From a virus, in the IMG/VR virus record IMGVR_UViG_3300031825_000041, positions 1-39,909 of that record: DNA of 39,909 nt, one strand, 5' to 3'. Every line of letters starts with the position of its first letter. Position 1 is the stretch's first letter. The notes beneath the pieces were generated by a model. That model did not search any database. It was not told where the DNA came from and saw nothing but the letters and a program-made list of their open reading frames with translations. Below, piece by piece: positions 23,335 through 32,802 of the stretch. A program made the position numbers and the translations under genes.

Positions 23335-24173
23335 ATGTGTAAAATATTTTTGATTGTGTCAATAATTTTCTGCAAATTACTTTTAACGATTGGACTTCTG
23401 GTTTTTTTAATCGCGGCGTCTGCTAAACCTTCAATAATCGGCTGGACATTCTTCACCACTTCCTCGTGGGGCTTCTGAAGGGCGGCAATCGCCTTTAGGG
23501 CGTCTTCTACGTTAGCAACGTGTAATTGGTCAAAGAGACTTTGTCTGTCTTTCTCGGCCTTTATGCCACTGTCTATAGCGGTGGAGTCTTCTTCAAACTT
23601 TTTCTTATAATTTTCAAGTAACGTAGCGTCTGCCAGATTTACTTGGGAAAGCTGGGTTTTAAGTCCTTGATTTTCACCCATTAAGTTTGTATTTCTCTTT
23701 AATTCTTCTTGATAAAGGTTCCAATTATCGTCTCTGGCTTTACGAAGCTCATCGACAACCCCTTGGTTTTCTAAAGGCAAACTTTTAGGGTGAAACCAGC
23801 CTAAAACTGATCTGTAACTGTAGTGTTTAATGTGGCAGTTCGACCCTAAAGGATCGTTTTGTTCTAGAGCATCAAACCCATTAACATCCGTATTCTCTCC
23901 GGTTGCTATTCCTACGTGACCTGCCCCCCCATTATATGAGCCTGCCCAAATAACAATATCACCCTTTAAAGGAAAGTTGTCTTTTGCATTAACTATTTGG
24001 TCGTAAAAGATACCTGCCTGATCGAAGATTTGATAGGCATTATCTCCTGTAAATCTTTGTCCCCCAATCCATCTAGAATAACCATTGGCAAGATCAAAGC
24101 ACTGATCCCCGTAGGCTCCGTCATAGTCACAGTAGATACCATTAAAAAATGTTATAAACTCTTGTACTGTCAT
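23331..24173 (-). CDS. Endolysin with N-terminal CHAP domain
   Basis: Catalytic Cys context YGDQCFDLANGY and His context GAGHVGIATG; coiled-coil C-terminal half. Confidence 0.8.
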   Translation of the reverse strand: MTVQEFITFFNGIYCDYDGAYGDQCFDLANGYSRWIGGQRFTGDNAYQIFDQAGIFYDQIVNAKDNFPLKGDIVIWAGSYNGGAGHVGIATGENTDVNGFDALEQNDPLGSNCHIKHYSYRSVLGWFHPKSLPLENQGVVDELRKARDDNWNLYQEELKRNTNLMGENQGLKTQLSQVNLADATLLENYKKKFEEDSTAIDSGIKAEKDRQSLFDQLHVANVEDALKAIAALQKPHEEVVKNVQPIIEGLADAAIKKTRSPIVKSNLQKIIDTIKNILHI

Positions 24174-24361
24174 TTTCCTCCTGCGTAAACTATAAAATGC
24201 GGCAACATACTCATTCCTTGGACAGCGATATTTTTTATTAGAGGTAAATTCTGAACAATTGAGACACTAAGGCCTCCGGTTAAAAACCAACGCCATTTCT
24301 CAAGATTGGTAAGTCTTGTATTGTGTTCTTTTAATGCTTCTTTCACTTCTACATTTGTCAT
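24170..24361 (-). CDS. Small membrane protein, holin candidate, 63 aa
   Basis: ATGA overlap with the endolysin start. TM segment WRWFLTGGLSVSIVQNLPLI. No SD upstream. Confidence 0.5.
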   Translation of the reverse strand: MTNVEVKEALKEHNTRLTNLEKWRWFLTGGLSVSIVQNLPLIKNIAVQGMSMLPHFIVYAGGK

Positions 24362-24402
24362 AGATTGATAATATTGACTTTTTTTGTTAAAATCCCCAGA
24401 CT

Positions 24403-24468
24403 ATATTTATCAATCTTCCGGTGTAATGCCCCCTTCTTTGTCCGGAAGATTGAGGAGGGGGTATTAGA
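24403..24468 (-). promoter_or_regulatory. Two adjacent strong hairpins with mutually exclusive alternative pairing, upstream of the lysis cassette
   Basis: Perfect 12-bp stem tcaatcttccgg/ccggaagattga and 7-bp stem ggagggg/cccctcc. The loop sequence cccccttc can also pair with ggaggggg. Confidence 0.55.
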
Positions 24469-24478
24469 CCCCTCCAAT

Positions 24479-25141
24479 CTAAATAAAATTAAATAAAAAT
24501 GCTCCGCCAGTTGTTACCGGCTGAACAGGCATGATTGAAATTTGAGCTGTAACCATACGGCCAGAGGTGCTTCTTGTCCAGGTCTGCGTATAAGATCCAG
24601 CAGGAGTTATGGCTCCATTACTATCTCCGATAGCATCTCTAGGCGCGCCAACAGCCTGCCTTTGTGTTACATTAGTGCTGGCTGACAGCACGCCACCATC
24701 TACCGTGCAAACAATAATTGCCCATGAGTTATCCTTAACCGTAGTTACGGCAGTAGCTAGAGAGGTAACACCTTCAGCGGTATTAGAACTAGTTGCATCA
24801 GGTTGAGTAACTTGATCGGCTCCAGTATAAGATACGCCAAGTCCTACCATTGCTACTGATGAACTTGCAGAAATAACAATATCGTGAGTGCCTGTTGCTG
24901 GAGCTTTAAGATGCCATAATTCTGCCCAGTTGTTTTCAGTTCCAGTCGGAGCACCTTTTGATATGCCCTTTGTTAAAGCTACCCCATTGTATGTAATGCC
25001 TGTGATAACATCGGTAGCAACACCATTCAACGTTACTCCGACAACTAAAACAAGATTACTACCAGTACAGGTATGAGGAAATGTCAAACTTGTAGCACCC
25101 GCTGTACTACTAGATGATGCTGCGTCAAATGCTAATGCCAT
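24479..25141 (-). CDS. Thr/Ser/Ala/Gly-rich tail fibre or receptor-binding candidate, 220 aa
   Basis: Last gene of the tail block, with beta-rich low-complexity composition. About 55 percent GC in a 60-nt sample. Confidence 0.45.
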   Translation of the reverse strand: MALAFDAASSSSTAGATSLTFPHTCTGSNLVLVVGVTLNGVATDVITGITYNGVALTKGISKGAPTGTENNWAELWHLKAPATGTHDIVISASSSVAMVGLGVSYTGADQVTQPDATSSNTAEGVTSLATAVTTVKDNSWAIIVCTVDGGVLSASTNVTQRQAVGAPRDAIGDSNGAITPAGSYTQTWTRSTSGRMVTAQISIMPVQPVTTGGAFLFNFI

Positions 25142-25169
25142 ATTTTAACCTTTCTAAAAAGTTCCATAG

Positions 25170-26048
25170 CTATAAGTTTTGTCCTACAATAAAGCCGTCA
25201 TAAGAAGATGCCGCTATTGTTATGAAGCTAAAAATATCTGCTTTATTTGCAGTTGTAGTAAGAGTTGGAGTAGACGCAGAGGGCCATCTGACAGTTGATC
25301 CAGGAAACCAAGAAATTAATCTTGAACCCGTAGCGTCTTGAACCGCCCGTATAAGAAATGCTTGTCCAACTGTTGCATTCGATACATATATAGAAGTTGT
25401 CGTATCTGAAAGAGTAATCGTGTGTTTATTGGATCCCCCTACTCCTAAATTCATTGTAGTAGCACTCGCTGTGGTGGTATCAGTAATAAAACTTCCATAA
25501 ACAACATTAGCGTTAATAGCTGAGGCAGTAATAGATGAAGATGTAAGATTTCTTGAAGCTGTCATATCACTTGCTGAAATTGTTGAAGCAGCAACTGTCC
25601 TTAAAGCAGTAATATCACACGCTGAAAAATGACTTGCTGTTACTGTTCCCGATGCAGTTATATTACATGCCGTTATATTCGTGTGGTAACCTAACTGATT
25701 ATGCTGAAGAAGGAGCATATCTATTAAATCATTCCAGCCTTTAGCGGTGACAAGGATTTCTACAACTGCTCCTGCGGCGTGGGATTGCGCTGTACCTTCA
25801 ACCCCTCTCGTACAGGAAGTAAGATTAGAGCCAGATACAACACCAATAACTGTTTCTTCAAGAGATGAAGTGGCGGTACCATTTGCATCAACGCGGTCAA
25901 TTGTTGCCACAACAGCCGTATCGGTTGGTAAATTCGTTGTTGAAGCTAGGGGCACAGTAGTAACTGAAGCATCAGAAACCCCTGCGGCTCCAATCTGACC
26001 TACCCATCTTCTTGATAATTTTTTAAGTAAATCTGTATTTGCTGCCAT
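25170..26048 (-). CDS. Tail fibre-like protein with short periodic repeats
   Basis: Repeated ITAS-type units (NITACNITASGTVTASHFSACDITALRTVAASTISASDMTASRNLTSSSITASAINAN). Confidence 0.5.
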   Translation of the reverse strand: MAANTDLLKKLSRRWVGQIGAAGVSDASVTTVPLASTTNLPTDTAVVATIDRVDANGTATSSLEETVIGVVSGSNLTSCTRGVEGTAQSHAAGAVVEILVTAKGWNDLIDMLLLQHNQLGYHTNITACNITASGTVTASHFSACDITALRTVAASTISASDMTASRNLTSSSITASAINANVVYGSFITDTTTASATTMNLGVGGSNKHTITLSDTTTSIYVSNATVGQAFLIRAVQDATGSRLISWFPGSTVRWPSASTPTLTTTANKADIFSFITIAASSYDGFIVGQNL

Positions 26049-26049
26049 A

Positions 26050-28059
26050 TTAATTTAACCAACTGGAAGGCATCTTGGCTGGCAAGAGCGTTCCTTTCGC
26101 TTGTAAAGATAAAATCGTGTAATCCGTATCTGCGGTACTGGAGTAGACCTTAAATTGAATTGCATAGATTTTGGCCCGCTTCTTAATCGCTGCCTTAACC
26201 GTTGACTGGGTAAAAGTTGAGGGCGAGTCAAGCAGATAGACAGCCCAACTGCCAGCACCACCTCTTGTTGAAGAACGGGTGGAAGAAGCAACAACCGCGC
26301 CAGCTAAATCTGCTCCAACTCCGGTATTTGCGGCAAAAGAGGTGATTGTGGTTGAAGCTAGGGTAGTAAATGAGTTACTTTTTCCTATTCCTAAAATCTG
26401 AAAGTTTACAATTCCACGAGGACGGCCTAGTTCAACGATTGCTTCCCGAAGACTTAAAATGTCTGTTTTCTTTTTAGATACAGCAATAAGAGGAGAGATG
26501 TATGACTGCGTAAATGCTGTGCCCAAGTCATTGAGTGTATTTTCCGATAATTCAATTAACTTAGTGCCTGTTGTTGGAATATATAGGAAGTGGGTTATAC
26601 CGCTTGTATCGGTGTACTCTAAGAATTGTTTAGCTCCGTTTGTCCAGTCAACAGCCCAATTATCACGCTCCGTATCAAGGACAATTATCCTATCGTTACC
26701 AGACGTTGAGGTGGGAACTGAGATAAAAATTTTTGCATCGTAGAAATATGCGCAAATATTAGGTATTCCGCTTTGTGTTAATGACCTCCAATAATTTCTG
26801 ATAACTGAAGATTTTTCATTCGTTCTTAAAATGCCATAAAAGTTTCTTTCGGGGCCCAAAAAAAACAATCCTTTTCTATTTGGAAAAGCTATATCGTTAT
26901 TTGTTGCGACAACTCCCGCAAGGGACTCAGTACCAAAAGAACCAACTACCTTAACTGCCGATGGGACTGAAAAAGAGGTAGTGCCGACTGTGACAGAGGA
27001 AATATCTATCTGCCATACCGCACCCTTACCATCAGGAGTTTTACAAAGAACTGTCGCTCTCCCATCTCCTGTACCCGATTGATAATGCTTCACTGCTACT
27101 GGTGTTTCCCTACCGCCTTTTTCAAGGTTGATCCATCCACCACCGTAAAAGTCTGAGAACGTTCCTATAAATTGTCCTGTACCTGAAAAATAGACAGTAT
27201 ACATATTATTTGAGTCATTTGTTGCCCAGATACGATTTCCCGATACGCACATGGAAATAAACTTAGGGGCCGCGGTGGTATTTGATAAAGGAGGTACAAC
27301 GTAAGGATTAATCTCGGTACTCCCATCATCCGTAAAATTAGTGTCAGTCGTTGAAGTAACAAGTGCCTCCTGTCCTGTCGTGTCTGATACATAAAGCTGA
27401 TAGCGTGTTGCTCCTGATGAAGCAGTCCATGACCATGTAAGCTTATCTGTTCCGGCGATCCATGTATCACGGGCTTTATTTACAGTAATTGATGCTTCAG
27501 TTGAGCCTACAGTCTCACCTACATCATTTAACGCTGTTGCTTGTGCATAATAAGTGAATGATCCACTTGTTAATCCTGATGCTACTCGTGAAGCTGTTAA
27601 ATTAGTGGGTGCAGAAATTGATGAATATTGCGTTAGCGTTGAACCATTATAACGAGTTAACGGATCAGTGCCGTTTGCGATATACAAATAGCCTGAGATT
27701 TGCAAAAAATAACACTGTACTCCCGCGGTAAAAGTAGCACCTGAGATTGATGTAATAGAACTGCCATCAGTAGATTTATAAGCTACTCCATTAGATATGG
27801 CGATTAGCTCAGTTGTGCCATCAGATTTAACGAACTCCGCTGCTCCGTCTGGATTAGCTGGGTATGTTGCACCGTAGTAAGTAGTTCCCCACTTTGTCTT
27901 CCAAAGACCATCTTGTACTTGGATTTGGTTTGTTGAGTCGAAAGCATATTCAGGAGCCATACGAGCTTCGTCCACAAGCTTATTTGACCCCTTATTAAAT
28001 TGGTCTATTGTTATTAAGACTTCTTTTGCATTTGTTTTTTGTGAATTTACGAATTTCAT
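26050..28059 (-). CDS. Large tail structural protein, 669 aa (nozzle/tail-tubular-B-like or Tal-like)
   Basis: Called from size, position after a 222-aa partner with ATGA coupling, and an FN3-like segment PTNLTASRVASGLTSGSFTYYAQATALND. Family not verified. Confidence 0.5.
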   Translation of the reverse strand: MKFVNSQKTNAKEVLITIDQFNKGSNKLVDEARMAPEYAFDSTNQIQVQDGLWKTKWGTTYYGATYPANPDGAAEFVKSDGTTELIAISNGVAYKSTDGSSITSISGATFTAGVQCYFLQISGYLYIANGTDPLTRYNGSTLTQYSSISAPTNLTASRVASGLTSGSFTYYAQATALNDVGETVGSTEASITVNKARDTWIAGTDKLTWSWTASSGATRYQLYVSDTTGQEALVTSTTDTNFTDDGSTEINPYVVPPLSNTTAAPKFISMCVSGNRIWATNDSNNMYTVYFSGTGQFIGTFSDFYGGGWINLEKGGRETPVAVKHYQSGTGDGRATVLCKTPDGKGAVWQIDISSVTVGTTSFSVPSAVKVVGSFGTESLAGVVATNNDIAFPNRKGLFFLGPERNFYGILRTNEKSSVIRNYWRSLTQSGIPNICAYFYDAKIFISVPTSTSGNDRIIVLDTERDNWAVDWTNGAKQFLEYTDTSGITHFLYIPTTGTKLIELSENTLNDLGTAFTQSYISPLIAVSKKKTDILSLREAIVELGRPRGIVNFQILGIGKSNSFTTLASTTITSFAANTGVGADLAGAVVASSTRSSTRGGAGSWAVYLLDSPSTFTQSTVKAAIKKRAKIYAIQFKVYSSTADTDYTILSLQAKGTLLPAKMPSSWLN

Positions 28060-28724
28060 ATTCCAAATCCGGCATCTAAACCGTTATCTGTTTGATTTTG
28101 TGCCGGCATTTCATTTCTTGTTTTCATGGCTTCAAGTTTTTGAGTTGCTAATTGAAGTGATTGTGCGTTACCCTCTTCTTTTGTGAGTTCTGAAAGAGCA
28201 TAATAAACGGCAAACATCGGATCAGACATTTCAAAGGTATCTGAACCGGTTGACACACTTGAGGCATATTTGTAGTAGTTATAGTTAATTGTTTGGCCTG
28301 AAGTAATTGTTAGGTTAGGATTAAATTCTAAAGTGGGTGACCCATCAAGTAAGAAATAACACCAATTCCCCTTATCATTTTCATATAACTGTACATCTTC
28401 CTGTCTGATAACTCTATATGGGGTTTTATTAGTTCCTGTACCTAACCAGACATATCCAGAGCTAGGGAACCTAAAAAGCGTTGGGACAGTATATGAGGTA
28501 GCTGTAGTAGTAGTCTTATCTCCGTCTGAAGCATCAGCAAGCTTAACATAGAGCTCTTTCCAGAGCATACCTTCTTCATTTTCCCAGATATTGATTGCAG
28601 TATTAAGCAGGTCAGTCCAGACTGTATAATCTTCATCTCCGCTTGTGGGAGCTGTAGAGTCAAGCTCAAGGAGTGTGTTGAGCTTTGTTATTGCATTAGT
28701 TAATGTGGAAACGATTTTTGCCAT
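28056..28724 (-). CDS. Tail structural protein, 222 aa (adaptor/tail-tubular-A-like or Dit-like)
   Basis: Called from position and coupling with the 669-aa gene. Family not verified. Confidence 0.45.
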   Translation of the reverse strand: MAKIVSTLTNAITKLNTLLELDSTAPTSGDEDYTVWTDLLNTAINIWENEEGMLWKELYVKLADASDGDKTTTTATSYTVPTLFRFPSSGYVWLGTGTNKTPYRVIRQEDVQLYENDKGNWCYFLLDGSPTLEFNPNLTITSGQTINYNYYKYASSVSTGSDTFEMSDPMFAVYYALSELTKEEGNAQSLQLATQKLEAMKTRNEMPAQNQTDNGLDAGFGI

Positions 28725-28765
28725 AGGTTAAGTAATAAATTTCCTAACCTATAGACCCTAAATAC
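28725..28765 (-). promoter_or_regulatory. Conserved leader (shared with 9310-9349)
   Basis: GTATTTAGGGTCTATAGGTTAGGAAATTTATTACTTAACCTATG; see 9310-9349. Confidence 0.6.
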
Positions 28766-28795
28766 AAAAAAAGCGCACTCCCCTAAAGGATGCGC
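28766..28795 (-). terminator. Intrinsic terminator (cassette b)
   Basis: Minus strand GCGCATCC-TTTAG-GGGAGTGCGC followed by TTTTTTTG. Confidence 0.7.
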
Positions 28796-28831
28796 CTCAT
28801 TCAAAAACAAAGTTGAATATTGACTGCCCTG

Positions 28832-28861
28832 ATATTACGCCAATTGAACACTGTTTGTCAA
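28832..28861 (-). promoter_or_regulatory. Sigma70-type promoter TTGACA-18-TAATAT (cassette b)
   Basis: TTGACA (28861-28856) lies inside the last codons of the 1320-aa gene. TAATAT (28837-28832) contains its TAA stop. Confidence 0.5.
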
Positions 28862-31800
28862 GCCTTTTATTTTGGATGGCTTCATAATTTTATAACTAAT
28901 CTTTGCAGAAGGCATTGTAAGCTTGATTTTACTCATCTTTGGCTTTGTGATAACTTTAGCATTTGATAATTTAATTGTCGGTGATTTCCTTTTAGTGAAT
29001 TTGGTAAGTGTGACTTTTGCGGGTTTTACTTTGGTAATTCTTATCTTGCCTTTCTTCCCTGTTCCCGTACCTGTTTTTACCAACGAATTTCCTTTTGCGT
29101 CTGTTTTGATTTTCTTTAAGGCTGTTGCTTCTTGTTTTGAAATTAATCCCTGATCAACAAGATTATCTAATACACCGTTACTTGCAAATTGATCGCCTGC
29201 TGAACTGACGACCCTTCCTGTTATTAACTGTTTCAAAAGTTCATCATGACTCATGGATTGGACTTTAGAGGCAATGTACTGTGTTTTGACATTCTCTGAA
29301 TGATTAGCCTTGTATGCATACTCAAGCTGTGATGAGTCAACTCCTAGTTGTTTGTATGCTGCGTCTTTTTGATCTTGTGGAAGATTGGTTTTGTATATAC
29401 TTAATGCTTTATTAATTTGCCAGTTTTGGTTTGTATAAGCATCAATACCTGATCCAGTAGTCGGAGGATTAAGATCAATTGTTTTTACTGAACCATTATC
29501 ATTGTAGATGATTTTATTTCCCACATTTTGAACGAGTCCCGTTAATTGTGCTTTTTGTTTGGCAATACTTTCCTCCGCTTTTGCCTGTAATTGGGATTTA
29601 ACATCTGGTTTTTTTTCTGCCGCCGCTGCTTGCTCTAATCCTGTAAAATCTGGGTTTTTACCTTGTAAGATCATTTTCTTTGCAGCATCGATATTTTTAT
29701 TTAAAAGACTTTTCTGTTGCAACATATCATAATTTTCTTTTTGTAATGGCCTTTCACTTGTAGTTCTAAAGGGTGATAAAGCATTTTGAGCTTGATTTTG
29801 ATTAGGGATAGGCTCACCTGCTTTATCAGTTCTTGCTGGAACAGTCATTGAAAGTCCAGGTATTTGAGTAAATAACTGCTGTACTTGTTGTTCTAAAAAT
29901 CCAGCATCAGTATTAACTTTCCTTTGATAGGGATCAATAAGTCTCGCCATCCAACCTAAGAGAGCTCTATATGGAATAAGTTGTTGAGGATAATTTGAGA
30001 CAAATCTTGCCATTGCTTCGGGACTTCCCTTAGCTGCTGATACTAAATCTCCAATATTTTTAACATATGATTGATCGGCAAAGAAATTTCCATACTTAGC
30101 AGCGACATTTAAGATAACATTTAATTGATTTTGATTAATTGTTTTATTTTGCTCTGCATCATGTAGGGCTGAGATAAAAGCTATTGGGAAGCCAATTGCC
30201 GGAGGAAGCTTTGCATAAGATACCCAATTATTACCTATTTTAATAGCATAAGGTTGCATCCCCGCTGCTCGGAAAGCTGCTTTTTTCGTTGGATCAGTAG
30301 GCTCTGCCCATGTGGTTCTACCACTTGCTACAAGTATAGCTGTCGCTGCTGCTGCACTAGAGCCTAAAATAGCTTTTGATAATTGTTCTATTTTATTTGG
30401 CGCACCTTTAAGAGTTAGAAAACCAGCTGGAGAATATTCGACACCTTGTTTTAGAATATTCATAGGCGTTTGAACAAATGGTAAAGTAAATTTAGCAATC
30501 GTACTTGTAATAGGATTTGAGCTATTTCTAGCTTTTTGAATAAGTCCAGTAAAATCATCTATAGAATTAAGAAGTGTCCCCTGACGCTTTGTATGTAACT
30601 CGCTTCTAAAAAGTCTATACTTAGCATTATCTAATGCTTGAACCTCAGGAGTTGGTACATTTACTCCTTTACTCTTTCGATAATTTAATGCTGCCATTTC
30701 TCCACCCTGAGTAAGCTTTGTAAAGAATTGATCTGATGCCTCAAGAAGTCGTGTCGGAAGATTAAGATTACTTACTTTTTTACTTGTGCTGAGTGGTATT
30801 TGTCTGACATCTAAATTACCTGTGACTATTTTCCCTCGTAGTGAATTGGCAAATTGATGTGCAGCATCATGCAAGCTTCCCCAGTACCCTTTAGCGTATT
30901 GTGCTCCTTCAGCTGCAAATTGTGTTTGTGGTTTACCTGTCAATTTTGATCCTAAGAAGTCAAGTGTACCTGTTAAAGTTTTCTCAATAGGTGCGACAAA
31001 TCCGCTATTAAGAAGGTTTGATGTAGCATTAATAATATGGGTATTTGGAGACGAGAGCATTGAATTATAACGGATCAAATCTATCTTTTCCGCTAATGTA
31101 GGTTTAATGAATTTTCTATAAAAATCAGTCGCTTGTTTAAGATCATTAAAATCAACACCTTTTGCTGCCTTCGTTACTTTGTCAGCGTCTTTTTCTACTT
31201 TAAGTACCGCATCTAAAATTGCATCTCGTGAGGTGATGAGATTTGGATCAGCACCGATACTAAATGACTGCAACTTACGGGCTATATCTGCTCCATGAGA
31301 TTTAATAGCTAAAAGATTATCAATATACGCTTTATCTACTTTTCCTGATTGTGCGGCAGCCGCTAATTGTTGACGAGTTCTAAGAAGCCTTGCTGTAAAA
31401 TCTTGAGTTTGTGATCTATCAACAACACTATTTAATATTTTGGCTGAGTTATTAGCTGTTTGGATAACTTCCTGATTAGAGAGTTTTTTACCTACCACTT
31501 GTTCTATCTGTGGCTTAACTTCCTGAATAACTTGATTTACCTGTTGTTTAGCCTGTGGTGAGACATTCAATTTATTGGTATTAAAGTAGGGGTTTTCAGA
31601 ATTGGGTATTTTTGTTATACTACCACCTGATGAGCCCCCCGACAAAGAAGAAGGATTTTTGGGATTATTTAATCCAATTTCTGGTGTTTGCAGCGTTTGT
31701 GTGGATAATTCTCCATTATGTACCGGGAGGGGGGTGCTCGTACCCATACGATTGTTAACCTTATTTCCCCGTACGTTCTCAGTTGAAAGCCCCAAACTAA

Positions 31801-32797
31801 ATCTATTCTTTGTCTTTCCAATAGCCTGAAGTGTTGCATCAAAAGCATTTGCTAATTGTTTGTTAGTTAAATCCTTAGCTTTTTGTCCAAAGACATCCGT
31901 TGCAATTGCCTGTATTTCCTGCCCTAACTGACCGTAGTTTTTCTTACCTCCTGTTTTTTGAACATCAATTACAAAATCCATAATTTTTTGAATTGTTGGT
32001 TGGTCTGCTACTTTTGTAAGATAACTAGCTGCCTTAGCATAAGCAGGTTTTGCAAAACCAAAATTAACAGCACCAGTCATAGCTCCACCTGTTCTATCGA
32101 GATATGCTTGCGTTGTTTCGTTTTGTTTTGGTGGCCCATATGATTCTATAAGAGATTTTTTTATTTGATCTGGTATTTCTTGAACCTTTCCATTTAAAAA
32201 GCTACTAAATGGTGAGTTTTGTCCTAATTTCTGAGCTACCTGTAAATTAGTGGGGCTTTTAATTAAAGACGTATTAATAAAAGGAGCATTACCGATTGTT
32301 TTACCCACCTTATTCACTCCATTAACTATTGGTCGAACAAACTGCTGATTCCAGTTATAAGATTGACCACGCATAGCTTGATCTGTTTGACCTAAAAGAT
32401 TATTTATTAAAGGATTCGGTCTTCCTGCTTTATAATTTGCAACTCGTACTGCTCCTGTTATGGGTTCTGTTAATGGCTCAATATATGGATTCATCAATAC
32501 AGGATAGGTAAGGTCTTGGAGTCCCTCAAATGGCCCACGTTTCTTAACATCTTGAATAACTTTCCCAGCCCATTGAATAGGATTATTACCATTGTTGTTA
32601 AAGAATGGTTGTTGCTGATTCGCTCTAACTTGGTTTGCATAATTAGTTGCAGCTTGTTTTACTTGAGGACTTGTTAATGTTTGATGAATAAAATTAGCTT
32701 GCTGAACAATAGGCGCTCGTTGTACATCTTGTTTGACTGCCTGAACACCCTGATTAAACAGGTCTTTCAGTTTGTTTTGAAGATCGAGAAGCGTCAT
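28835..32797 (-). CDS. Very large virion protein, 1320 aa (internal/ejection protein or tape-measure-like)
   Basis: Largest ORF, in the tail block, with a Lys-rich repetitive C-terminus. No catalytic motif recognised. Confidence 0.55.
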   Translation of the reverse strand: MTLLDLQNKLKDLFNQGVQAVKQDVQRAPIVQQANFIHQTLTSPQVKQAATNYANQVRANQQQPFFNNNGNNPIQWAGKVIQDVKKRGPFEGLQDLTYPVLMNPYIEPLTEPITGAVRVANYKAGRPNPLINNLLGQTDQAMRGQSYNWNQQFVRPIVNGVNKVGKTIGNAPFINTSLIKSPTNLQVAQKLGQNSPFSSFLNGKVQEIPDQIKKSLIESYGPPKQNETTQAYLDRTGGAMTGAVNFGFAKPAYAKAASYLTKVADQPTIQKIMDFVIDVQKTGGKKNYGQLGQEIQAIATDVFGQKAKDLTNKQLANAFDATLQAIGKTKNRFSLGLSTENVRGNKVNNRMGTSTPLPVHNGELSTQTLQTPEIGLNNPKNPSSLSGGSSGGSITKIPNSENPYFNTNKLNVSPQAKQQVNQVIQEVKPQIEQVVGKKLSNQEVIQTANNSAKILNSVVDRSQTQDFTARLLRTRQQLAAAAQSGKVDKAYIDNLLAIKSHGADIARKLQSFSIGADPNLITSRDAILDAVLKVEKDADKVTKAAKGVDFNDLKQATDFYRKFIKPTLAEKIDLIRYNSMLSSPNTHIINATSNLLNSGFVAPIEKTLTGTLDFLGSKLTGKPQTQFAAEGAQYAKGYWGSLHDAAHQFANSLRGKIVTGNLDVRQIPLSTSKKVSNLNLPTRLLEASDQFFTKLTQGGEMAALNYRKSKGVNVPTPEVQALDNAKYRLFRSELHTKRQGTLLNSIDDFTGLIQKARNSSNPITSTIAKFTLPFVQTPMNILKQGVEYSPAGFLTLKGAPNKIEQLSKAILGSSAAAATAILVASGRTTWAEPTDPTKKAAFRAAGMQPYAIKIGNNWVSYAKLPPAIGFPIAFISALHDAEQNKTINQNQLNVILNVAAKYGNFFADQSYVKNIGDLVSAAKGSPEAMARFVSNYPQQLIPYRALLGWMARLIDPYQRKVNTDAGFLEQQVQQLFTQIPGLSMTVPARTDKAGEPIPNQNQAQNALSPFRTTSERPLQKENYDMLQQKSLLNKNIDAAKKMILQGKNPDFTGLEQAAAAEKKPDVKSQLQAKAEESIAKQKAQLTGLVQNVGNKIIYNDNGSVKTIDLNPPTTGSGIDAYTNQNWQINKALSIYKTNLPQDQKDAAYKQLGVDSSQLEYAYKANHSENVKTQYIASKVQSMSHDELLKQLITGRVVSSAGDQFASNGVLDNLVDQGLISKQEATALKKIKTDAKGNSLVKTGTGTGKKGKIRITKVKPAKVTLTKFTKRKSPTIKLSNAKVITKPKMSKIKLTMPSAKISYKIMKPSKIKGLTNSVQLA

Positions 32798-32802
32798 ACA
32801 TA

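Noticed and set aside
24479-28059. A diversity-generating retroelement acting on the tail-fibre genes was considered.
   Set aside because: No reverse transcriptase ORF exists in the genome, and I saw no template/variable repeat pair.
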